Shown here piece after piece: positions 35,006 to 44,363 of a stretch of 55,093 nucleotides of DNA. The stretch spans positions 1 through 55,093 of the forward strand of contig MHSS01000014.1 in the NCBI GenBank assembly GCA_001822835.1, given 5' to 3'. The translations under genes and the position numbers were made by a program. This DNA is from Candidatus Terrybacteria bacterium RIFCSPHIGHO2_01_FULL_48_17 (GTDB lineage: Bacteria; Patescibacteriota; Minisyncoccia; Terrybacterales; 2-01-FULL-58-14). The notes beneath the pieces were generated by a model that had not been told where the DNA came from, searched no databases, and saw only the letters and a program-made list of their open reading frames with translations. Numbering within the stretch: position 1 is the stretch's first letter; every line of letters begins with the position of its first letter.

Positions 35006-35746
35006 ATGCAAAAACAGCTTCCTGGACGCATTCAACAGATCGTGGTCTCTGGCAGCTTAACAATGATTGCGTTTTTGCTCGTGTATAGCGTCATACGGTT
35101 TTCCCTCAATAAGATCACAACCTTCTGGAAACCATTCTTGTTATTTGATGGTCTTTCGCCGTGGTTTAGTGACGACTATAAACCTCTTATCATTCCCGCC
35201 TCCCTTGCTCTCACCGCGGTTATTATTGTGCTTTTTGGTGTGATCATGACTTCCAAAAACAAACTGGTGGCCCGGATTTTGCAAAAAACGCGGCTTAATA
35301 TACTGCCTTGGGCGCCAAAAATTGATGAGGAAACCGGCCAGGTGGTGAAGGTAAATGTCCAAGAGCTTTTCATGTTTCAACCCGCGCTTGCCCTTATCGC
35401 CGGCAAACCCGAAGTCGGCTTTATTATGGGGGATGAAAACCAAAACGCCACCCTCCTTGATGCGGATGGGGTTTCTGTGGGAACCGCCGACTGGGTAAGT
35501 TTCTTTGTTCCTGCCATGCCGGCAGTCATTAACGGAAAGACATATCCGATTCCTAAGCATTTAATGCTTCGTGTCCAGAATAAAAGCTCGGAGGTGTTTG
35601 GATGGCTCCAAAGTCAAGGCAAAAAACCAATCCACTGGAAACCACAGCTTTGGAAAAACATCCCCATTGACTCCGCGCTCCTTGAATCCCTCCAAAAATT
35701 CTGGGGCTTTCAACTCGATGAAGCTACACACACAAAGAGGCGCTAA
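35006..35746 (+). CDS. DUF502-like membrane protein, paralogue 1
   Basis: 246 aa with 2 N-terminal TM, then VPAMPAVINGKTYPIP...SQG resembling the DUF502 PTTPNPTSG..SGG core. ATG 35006 with AAAGGGG upstream. Confidence 0.55.
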   Translation: MQKQLPGRIQQIVVSGSLTMIAFLLVYSVIRFSLNKITTFWKPFLLFDGLSPWFSDDYKPLIIPASLALTAVIIVLFGVIMTSKNKLVARILQKTRLNILPWAPKIDEETGQVVKVNVQELFMFQPALALIAGKPEVGFIMGDENQNATLLDADGVSVGTADWVSFFVPAMPAVINGKTYPIPKHLMLRVQNKSSEVFGWLQSQGKKPIHWKPQLWKNIPIDSALLESLQKFWGFQLDEATHTKRR

Positions 35747-35762
35747 GGCGCCTCTTTTTTGC
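35734..35762 (+). terminator. Strong terminator between the two DUF502-like genes
   Basis: 10-bp stem AAAGAGGCGC/GCGCCTCTTT. The TAA stop lies in the 4-nt loop. Followed by TTTGC. Confidence 0.85.
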
Positions 35763-35828
35763 TTCCCTTGTATTTCAAACCACAACGTGATACCAGGAAA
35801 GTACACGTACTTTTACAAGAGGCGACTG

Positions 35829-36662
35829 ATGAAGATTAACATTTCTGCGTTTCGGGCGTTTGCCTGGCGTATGTTGCCATATCCTATTAAACGCATGCTC
35901 GGCCGGATTCGACGATGGCTTTTTATCGGATTTGTTATCCTTTTTTTCTTCGGGATTGTGTGGCAGATATTCCAGTTTGGAAAAGGCGGGGTGCTTGATC
36001 TTTGGGATGCGTTATTTGCCGCGCTTAATATTTCCTTATACACAAACCAGGTTCCTCTGGTAGCAGGGGTTCTTGCAACATTGGTGCTGGCAACCATTAT
36101 CGGCGCACTGCTTGACTGGAAACTCTCAAAGCGCGCGCTCAGCGCCATCCCTCTCATCGGAAACCTGTTTGGCCTTACCACTTCGGTAATAGAATCTATC
36201 GGGGATCTGAAAGGAATGCCTGCGGTTCTGGTCGAAAGCTTCACTGGTCTTCGGCAACTAGGGTTTGTTTCCGGATTTGAGCCGATACGCAGCTGGAAAC
36301 CCACTTCACAGACGGGCGGTCAGCAACGCGAATGGAAACTGTTTGGCGTTCCCGTAATGATCGGCCGCGAAAAAATAAGGCGGTTACGGTTTAGGATTTA
36401 CTATCCTGATTTCCCTTTCATCATAAATGGACGAGGCGGTTGGGCCGAAGCTCCCCGGCTTGAATGGATTCTTAATTCCTTTGAAGAAATATTTGCACGG
36501 CTTGCTTCTGCGGGCTTTGCAACCCGTCTTAAAACGGGAGAACCAATCGTGCTTTCTGATGAAGAGTGGCGCGCGATCGGTCTTGATGTGGTGGAGCTTA
36601 CTGAAGAGGAACTCAAGCAGATCGTCGCGCAAAGCAGAAAAATAAATTCCTCCGCAAAATAA
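35829..36662 (+). CDS. DUF502-like membrane protein, paralogue 2
   Basis: 277 aa with TM helices, AIPLIGNLFG...LGFVSG and FPFIINGRGGW...SAG blocks. Start moved to ATG 35829 (AGAGG upstream). Confidence 0.6.
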   Translation: MKINISAFRAFAWRMLPYPIKRMLGRIRRWLFIGFVILFFFGIVWQIFQFGKGGVLDLWDALFAALNISLYTNQVPLVAGVLATLVLATIIGALLDWKLSKRALSAIPLIGNLFGLTTSVIESIGDLKGMPAVLVESFTGLRQLGFVSGFEPIRSWKPTSQTGGQQREWKLFGVPVMIGREKIRRLRFRIYYPDFPFIINGRGGWAEAPRLEWILNSFEEIFARLASAGFATRLKTGEPIVLSDEEWRAIGLDVVELTEEELKQIVAQSRKINSSAK

Positions 36663-36675
36663 CGCGGAGGAATTT
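36644..36675. terminator. Bidirectional hairpin (DUF502 paralogue 2 / hppA)
   Basis: 12-bp stem AAATTCCTCCGC/GCGGAGGAATTT. The loop contains the plus-strand TAA. The minus strand continues ATTTTTCTGCTTT. Confidence 0.65.
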
Positions 36676-36696
36676 CATGTATGACCTCAAACATTA

Positions 36697-38724
<2,028 letters not shown>

Positions 38725-38753
38725 AAGAATAAAATTAAAGCTCTTACGTGATA

Positions 38754-40187
38754 TTACGCGGTTTTCTTTTTTGGAGATGCCCTTTTTGTTGTTTTTGTTT
38801 TTGAGCCTTTTGCTTCGGTGGTCACTTTCGCGGCTTTTGCATCCGTTTTTTTCTTCCTCTTTTTTTCTCCAGTTGTAGCTAGTGCTTCCTTCGCTTTCTC
38901 CGCTCCTGCTATCTCTTCCGCTTTTCCCGTCTCTCCTACATCCTCCGCCTCTTCGCCTTGTATAATTACTTCCCCTCCTATCTCAGCAACTGCCTGTGGC
39001 GCTTCCGATTCCGCCTGGGAATCTCCCCGCACTTCTATTTTCCAATTCGTAAGTTTTACTGCAAGTCGCACATTTTGACCCTCGCGGCCAATGGCGAGCG
39101 ATAACTGGTCATCGGGCACCAAAACCGTGGCAACAGAACGGGCCTTAAGTTCCACATCAACCACCTTTGCGGGAGACATGGCATTTGCGACAAAGCGCTC
39201 GGGGTCTTCGTCCCATTCGATAATATCAATCTTCTCGCCATTTAATTCGTTGGTAATTGCCATAACGCGCGTACCGCGCTGCCCCACGCAAGCACCTATG
39301 GGGTCAACGCCTTCCTGATTTGAGTGCACCGCCACTTTTGTGCGAAATCCTGCTTCGCGTGCGACCCCCTTTATCTCAACGACGCCCGCTTCAATCTCCG
39401 GAACATCGAGCACAAAAAGATTTTTTACAAATTCGGGGTGCGAACGCGAAAGGATAATTTGCGGACCTCGTTGAGACATATTTACCTCTAACAAAAGCGT
39501 GCGCAGCCGCGAACCAATACGGTAATACTCGCCGGGGATTTGCTCTTGGGGAAAAAGCATGCCAATGCCGCGCCCCAAATCAACATACACGGTACGTCCC
39601 TCAACGCGCTGTACGATTCCAGAAACCAGTTCTCCTTGTTTGTCTTTGTATTCGTCAACAATTGCCTCGCGCTCTGCCTCACGCAAGCGCTGAATAATGA
39701 CCTGTTTGGCGGTTTGCGCGGCAATGCGCCCAAAATCCTCGTGCGGTTCAAGCTCGATAAGAAGTTCTTCACCCGTTTTTATGCCTTTTTGTATTTTTTT
39801 TGCTTCCGCGATCATCATGTGCCGTTCCGGATTAAAGCGAACCCGGCCATCATCTTCATCTATCGGTGGAGTTTCTTCTTGTCGCGATGCGTTTCGTGCT
39901 TTTGCGGAACGGCCGCCCCGTTGTTTTCCTTGAATTTCCTCTTCATCCCCCTCGCTCTCTTCTTCGGGCTTTAACATCGACTCGTCCACCACAAGCATTA
40001 CTTTAAATACTTTCATCTTTCCCGATTCCGGATCAAGCGAAATACGAATCTGCTCGCCGCGCGAAGCATAATCGCGTTTGTAAGCAGCCGCAAGCGCCGC
40101 CTCAATGGTTTCCAGGACCTTTTCTTGGGGAATGCCTTTTTCTTCAACGATTTGCGAAATGGCTGATGCGAATGTTTTTAAATCCAT
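38754..40187 (-). CDS. nusA: Transcription termination/antitermination factor NusA
   Basis: 477 aa with S1 block [21 protein letters not shown] and KH blocks [11 protein letters not shown] and [13 protein letters not shown]. Has an acidic/basic insert in the N-domain and a long charged C-tail. Confidence 0.95.
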   Translation of the reverse strand: MDLKTFASAISQIVEEKGIPQEKVLETIEAALAAAYKRDYASRGEQIRISLDPESGKMKVFKVMLVVDESMLKPEEESEGDEEEIQGKQRGGRSAKARNASRQEETPPIDEDDGRVRFNPERHMMIAEAKKIQKGIKTGEELLIELEPHEDFGRIAAQTAKQVIIQRLREAEREAIVDEYKDKQGELVSGIVQRVEGRTVYVDLGRGIGMLFPQEQIPGEYYRIGSRLRTLLLEVNMSQRGPQIILSRSHPEFVKNLFVLDVPEIEAGVVEIKGVAREAGFRTKVAVHSNQEGVDPIGACVGQRGTRVMAITNELNGEKIDIIEWDEDPERFVANAMSPAKVVDVELKARSVATVLVPDDQLSLAIGREGQNVRLAVKLTNWKIEVRGDSQAESEAPQAVAEIGGEVIIQGEEAEDVGETGKAEEIAGAEKAKEALATTGEKKRKKKTDAKAAKVTTEAKGSKTKTTKRASPKKKTA

Positions 40188-40194
40188 ATAAATC

Positions 40195-40272
40195 GCGGAC
40201 TTACGCGGACGCTACGCTGACTTACGCTAACAATTTTCCGAGACAGTCCGCGTTTAGTCTGCGTTAGTCCGC
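40195..40272 (-). repeat. Inverted arrays of ~10-11-nt tandem units directly upstream of nusA
   Basis: Left arm CGGACTTACG-CGGACGCTACG-CTGACTTACG. Right arm AGTCCGCGTTT-AGTCTGCGTT-AGTCCGC. Outer 12 positions pair 11/12 (40195-40206 with 40261-40272). It ends 8 nt before the ATG. Confidence 0.7.
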
Positions 40273-40287
40273 ATGCGCCGCAGCGCA

Positions 40288-40313
40288 AACAAAAAAGCGT
40301 CCATATGGACGCT
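40288..40313 (-). terminator. Strong terminator after the serine-protease gene
   Basis: AGCGTCC-ATAT-GGACGCT followed on the minus strand by TTTTTTG. Confidence 0.85.
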
Positions 40314-40351
40314 CTATAGTCAAGCATGACGCAGGAATGAGATTCTGTCAA

Positions 40352-40427
40352 CCCCGTTAGAAAATTGCGGGATAATCTGCGCAACTCATTTTACGGTCAT
40401 ACAGATTTCGGCAATTCTCTAACGGGG
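40352..40427 (-). other. 76-nt extended stem-loop in the protease 3' UTR (candidate structured RNA)
   Basis: 17-bp outer stem, 40352-40368 with 40411-40427. Its single mismatch is A:C on the plus strand but G:U on the minus strand. 6-bp inner stem AATCTG/CAGATT and a 22-nt apical loop. Confidence 0.6.
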
Positions 40428-40434
40428 TCAAGGC

Positions 40435-41244
40435 CTAAGGCTCAAGGATGTCGATGCCGGTTTTGCGCAAGATTTCCCGCACCGCAAAGGCGACATCGGT
40501 TGCCTGAAGCTGCATCGTAAGGGTCGGATCTTGGGGATCTAGATTCATGCGACGCATAATTCCGGCAATTTTAAGGCCACCGTGAGTACGCACGAACACC
40601 GGCCCCCCAGATGCCCCCGGAACAGTACGAGCCAGGATCGTTTCAATCTTAAAACCAAACCATGCCTCGGATCCGTATGGCGGCGCAAAACGGCTAACGG
40701 TTCCGGTGATGGTCTGATCGAATTTCCCCGAAAAAGGATGCAAATAAAAACAAACGGTTTTCCCATATCGAATATCGCTCCGCGACGCAATATTAAATGT
40801 TGCTTTATTATCACGTTGCGATTGAGACGGCATTGCGAGGATCGCAAAATCAACCGGCTCATTCTCATAGACCACGCGAGCAATGGCTGTGCGCGGTGTT
40901 CGTTTAGATTGCAGAAAACGCTCAAGAAAGATTTCGCGTTTTATTACTTCTTCGTCACGATCCTGGTTGATGACATGCGCCGCGGTAATAACATATTCGT
41001 TACGTACAAACCCAAGCCCCCGATAAGGACCAACTCGCTCACCGCCAGCAGTCGTAAAATAAGAGGAAACAACAACCATGGAATTGTCGACGAGATCAAG
41101 TTCGTGCCGTGTTCCCGGGCAAGGACCTACGCCTTGTTCCGGGGCCGATTTTTGGGTCTGGAAAGATTGGGTGTAGACAACAAACCCAAGTGCGGCACCA
41201 ACAAGCAGAACGATGCTTAAAAACCAAAGAGTGTTTTTGCGCAC
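40435..41244 (-). CDS. Membrane-anchored trypsin-like serine protease (S1 fold)
   Basis: 269 aa with an N-terminal TM, ITAAHV (His) and VPGASGGPVF (Ser). Confidence 0.8.
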   Translation of the reverse strand: MRKNTLWFLSIVLLVGAALGFVVYTQSFQTQKSAPEQGVGPCPGTRHELDLVDNSMVVVSSYFTTAGGERVGPYRGLGFVRNEYVITAAHVINQDRDEEVIKREIFLERFLQSKRTPRTAIARVVYENEPVDFAILAMPSQSQRDNKATFNIASRSDIRYGKTVCFYLHPFSGKFDQTITGTVSRFAPPYGSEAWFGFKIETILARTVPGASGGPVFVRTHGGLKIAGIMRRMNLDPQDPTLTMQLQATDVAFAVREILRKTGIDILEP

Positions 41245-41273
41245 TCTGCTTCCCTTTTTCGTATTTCAAAGAC

Positions 41274-42644
41274 CTATTTCTTGTCCTTTTGTTTTATCAC
41301 GTGCGCCGTTTTGCGTCTACCCTCCACAGCGCGCTCGACTGCTTCTCTAAACAACCCAATACCTTGCAAAAGATCGTCTTCAGAGATTATGAGCGGTGGC
41401 ATAATACGAATAGAGGGATTGTGTGCATCGAAACCGCACGAAAGCGTAATAAGGCCGAGCTGTTCGGCCTCCCCGACAACCTGATTGCGTAATTGAGGAT
41501 AGGGTGCTGGATCATCGTGACTGTGCTGAAACTCAACTGCCAACATAAGTCCCCTGCCACGGATGTTTTTGATGTTGGGATGAGTACCCAATGCTTCATG
41601 CAGCTTTTTGATTGCAAGATCGCCTAATTTCTTTGTTCGTTCCATAATCTTGCCCTGTTCAAGATACGCGAAAGCCGCAAGCATGGCCGCGGCTTTCAAC
41701 GGCTCAAACCCAAACGTAGATGAGCTTTCACCAAGCGTTTTAAATGAAAGGTCTTTGCGCATGAGGGTTGCGCTAATATCTGCAATTCCTCCGCCAAGCG
41801 ACTTCCCGGCAAGAACCATATCCGGCGCAATCTCATAATGCTCGTACGCCCATAACGATCCAGTGCGGCCCATGCCGCTTTGAATCTCATCCGCTACAAA
41901 AACAATGTCGTGTGTGTGGCAAAAATCAACTATGCGTGAAAGCGCCTTCGCATCCACCACATTAATTCCTCCTTCGCCTTGTATGATTTCAATGAATAAA
42001 CCGTTTATTCTTGGGTATAGGGCAGAGGGTATGGTAGATAGGGCGTGGACGGTTTTTTCCAAAGGGCTATCGTGGTGCTCGGCAGGAAACGGAAGCTCGA
42101 GCGTATGGTAGGGCATTGCATAACTTGTTACGCGTTCTGGTTTGCGCGGATCAAGCAAACAAAGAGAGCCATGAGTTCTGCCATGAAAAGCGCCGCGAAA
42201 CCGCATGAAAAGATCGCGTTTTGGGCGCGCTTTACGCATGGCTTTGAGGGCCGCTTCAACTGCTTCGGCACCGGACCTTGCAGGAAACGCAAGGCCGTCG
42301 CCAGACAAAATAACCCGATCGCGCAACGCCTCTGCAGCGCGAATGCTCCACTCGTTATGCCAATCCGTTGTAGGATAATGCGCAATACCTTGTTCCAGCA
42401 CCCCGTACACTGCGTCTCGTATTGGTTTAAGCGACGAGCCAAAACCGAAATTATCAATTCCCACGCCGCAAAATACTAGAAATTCGTTGCCATCCACATC
42501 CCACGCGCGCGCTCCTTCTCCCCGTCCAGAGAGTACCAATTTTGACCCTACCGTGGTTTTAGAAAGCGCCTTCTCCGCTCGCACCAAATATCCCCTCGCT
42601 TTTCGTCCAGGCACTTTGCGATATTCACCTATTTTAGCTGGCAT
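41274..42644 (-). CDS. Class-III PLP aminotransferase (acetylornithine/GABA aminotransferase family)
   Basis: ADEIQSGMGRTGSLWAYEH and LAGKSLGGG (Schiff-base Lys). The track start is TTG 42662. I prefer ATG 42644 (MPAKIGEY...). Confidence 0.9.
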   Translation of the reverse strand: MPAKIGEYRKVPGRKARGYLVRAEKALSKTTVGSKLVLSGRGEGARAWDVDGNEFLVFCGVGIDNFGFGSSLKPIRDAVYGVLEQGIAHYPTTDWHNEWSIRAAEALRDRVILSGDGLAFPARSGAEAVEAALKAMRKARPKRDLFMRFRGAFHGRTHGSLCLLDPRKPERVTSYAMPYHTLELPFPAEHHDSPLEKTVHALSTIPSALYPRINGLFIEIIQGEGGINVVDAKALSRIVDFCHTHDIVFVADEIQSGMGRTGSLWAYEHYEIAPDMVLAGKSLGGGIADISATLMRKDLSFKTLGESSSTFGFEPLKAAAMLAAFAYLEQGKIMERTKKLGDLAIKKLHEALGTHPNIKNIRGRGLMLAVEFQHSHDDPAPYPQLRNQVVGEAEQLGLITLSCGFDAHNPSIRIMPPLIISEDDLLQGIGLFREAVERAVEGRRKTAHVIKQKDKK

Positions 42645-42693
42645 GTTTCCAGTATACAGCAATCAGAAACTAGGAAATAGCTATCTTTTTTTG

Positions 42694-42729
42694 TTTCGCG
42701 ATAACATACGATCGTAGCTTATCGCGAAA
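42694..42729. repeat. 36-bp palindrome upstream of the aminotransferase gene
   Basis: Perfect 11-bp arms TTTCGCGATAA / TTATCGCGAAA around the partly palindromic CATACGATCGTAGC. Confidence 0.7.
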
Positions 42730-42756
42730 ACAACAACCGCCCCATGTATGGGGCGG
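42727..42756 (-). terminator. Terminator after the 107-aa orphan gene
   Basis: Stem CCGCCCC/GGGGCGG (42737-42743/42750-42756). The minus strand continues TTGTTGTTTT. Confidence 0.7.
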
Positions 42757-42831
42757 CGCAAAATCATGCGGCTTTTCTATAATACTCGTGGGGGCGCTAT
42801 ACTGTCTTTGCAACAACATTGAGAAAAGAAA

Positions 42832-43155
42832 CTAAGTCCCCGTTACCCGCCGAATCGTTTCGTCGTCAGGAATGCTTCCGCCCACTTCTTCAAGGGAAGC
42901 AAGCTTTCTTTGCTCAGCGTTCCCCTCCATTCTCGCAAGGACCGCAAATCTTTTTCCAAAGCTCTTGATATTCCAATCCTCTACGGTCCTTCCCCCTGCT
43001 CCTATCAAGCTTACGCTATCCCCGACGCGCCATTCTCGACCATGAGATTCAAAAAATGATTGTGCTGAACCTTCCCGGGCGCGCTGCTCCGGCGTCTTCA
43101 TAGATTCCGGGTCAATACCCATTTCCTCTGGCGATGGCCCTGTTTCGCGTGGCAT
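42832..43155 (-). CDS. Orphan 107-aa charged protein
   Basis: ORF only. Pro/Glu-rich N-terminus. Second gene of a two-gene unit. No motif recognised. Confidence 0.55.
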   Translation of the reverse strand: MPRETGPSPEEMGIDPESMKTPEQRAREGSAQSFFESHGREWRVGDSVSLIGAGGRTVEDWNIKSFGKRFAVLARMEGNAEQRKLASLEEVGGSIPDDETIRRVTGT

Positions 43156-43175
43156 AAGTTATAAGATTCGTGGAC

Positions 43176-43634
43176 TTAATCGGTTTCAATTTTGTGCAAA
43201 GAAGCGCGCATAAGACCCGGCTCCTCGCCTCGCCTAAACTGACCTACCTCGTAGCCCATCTCGGAGGCAAGCTCTCGTAAAGCAGAAAGTTTTTCCTTAT
43301 CTTTATCGGCCAATTCGCCAGCGCTCACATTTTCTAAAAGCAATCCTTGTTCTGCGTGATTCTGAATTTGCCCGCGTAATGCGTTCTCGTAGTTCCTTAT
43401 CTGTTCCGGCGACAACCCCTCTTCTTGCATCCTCTGCCAAAATTGCCTTGCATACGTATGGTCCCTGTTTAATGCCGTCGCCCTCTCTTCCGAAACCTCT
43501 TCGCCAAAGTGATACCATTTGCCGTCTTGTTGTATCGGCCGTTCTCGGACAGGACCTCCCGGTGTTTTGGGTTCTTGTTCTTTCTCCGCTTCCCGCCGAA
43601 GTTCCTCCGGCATTGGTTGTTCAGGGCTTCTCAT
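43176..43634 (-). CDS. Orphan 152-aa charged protein
   Basis: ORF only. Glu/Arg/Pro-rich N-terminus. No TM and no motif recognised. Confidence 0.55.
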   Translation of the reverse strand: MRSPEQPMPEELRREAEKEQEPKTPGGPVRERPIQQDGKWYHFGEEVSEERATALNRDHTYARQFWQRMQEEGLSPEQIRNYENALRGQIQNHAEQGLLLENVSAGELADKDKEKLSALRELASEMGYEVGQFRRGEEPGLMRASLHKIETD

Positions 43635-43692
43635 ATTAATTGTAGGTTAGCATATTTTCTTTGTGTCTGCAAGCCAACGAACACAGGCGAGG

Positions 43693-43721
43693 TTGACAAA
43701 AAGCAAATAAAATTATATAAT
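43693..43721 (+). promoter_or_regulatory. Perfect sigma70-consensus promoter on the plus strand
   Basis: TTGACA (43693-43698), exactly 17 nt, TATAAT (43716-43721). Best promoter match I found in the window. Confidence 0.65.
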
Positions 43722-43757
43722 AATTTATCGCTCTGCTCGTTGAGAAAGGACTTTCGC

Positions 43758-43919
43758 GTGAAGTACCAACAAATCGCTCGCAGCGTAGGGAGGGGTATTC
43801 ATCAATTGCTTGTTTTTACCGGCAAGCAATTCGGAAAATTTTCAACTGCACACCCCTTTGCGGCTGGCATGATTTTATGGGTGACGTGGTTGCTCCTCGC
43901 CGCCTATGTGTTCTTTTAG
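43758..43919 (+). CDS. Candidate 53-aa small membrane protein (alternatively part of an sRNA)
   Basis: GTG start with AAAGGA 8 nt upstream, about 30 nt downstream of the consensus promoter. C-terminal TM AAGMILWVTWLLLAAYVFF. Followed by hairpin 43926-43947. Coding status is uncertain. Confidence 0.3.
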   Translation: MKYQQIARSVGRGIHQLLVFTGKQFGKFSTAHPFAAGMILWVTWLLLAAYVFF

Positions 43920-43925
43920 GAATGG

Positions 43926-43947
43926 CAGACCCGCATGCGCGGGTCTG
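43926..43947. terminator. Hairpin between the small plus-strand unit and yraN
   Basis: 9-bp stem CAGACCCGC/GCGGGTCTG with a 4-nt loop. U-tracts are modest on both strands. Confidence 0.5.
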
Positions 43948-43964
43948 TATCATTATATCTTACA

Positions 43965-44363
43965 TCACACGGCTCCGACTGCGCGTTCAAAATGCTCCAT
44001 CTCAAATTCGCCATCAAATTTCCTCCGCACCACCACCACATCAATCTGATATTCGCTCCCCTCTTTTTTGTTGTACATCAACCACAACGCTGCAAGCTTA
44101 CGAAGTTTCTGCTCCTTTTGCGGCGTTACATGCACGGACGGGTCAATCATTCCTGCTTTTCCTGCCTTTACTTCCACGAATACAAAAACCGCGCCTTTGC
44201 GGGCAATGATATCTATCTCGCCGATCCTTCTCCCCTGCCGCCACGGGTCAAGCGCCTTGGCTCTTGCTTCCCAATTGCGCGCAAGGATTTTCAAACCGCG
44301 TTTTTCCAAATATTTTGCGGCTGCGTCTTCCGCGCTTTTGCCAAAATTAATCTGATTCGTCAT
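43965..44363 (-). CDS. yraN: YraN-family (UPF0102) endonuclease-like protein
   Basis: 132 aa with GEIDIIA and VFVEVK blocks. Overlaps the suhB-like stop. Confidence 0.88.
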   Translation of the reverse strand: MTNQINFGKSAEDAAAKYLEKRGLKILARNWEARAKALDPWRQGRRIGEIDIIARKGAVFVFVEVKAGKAGMIDPSVHVTPQKEQKLRKLAALWLMYNKKEGSEYQIDVVVVRRKFDGEFEMEHFERAVGAV

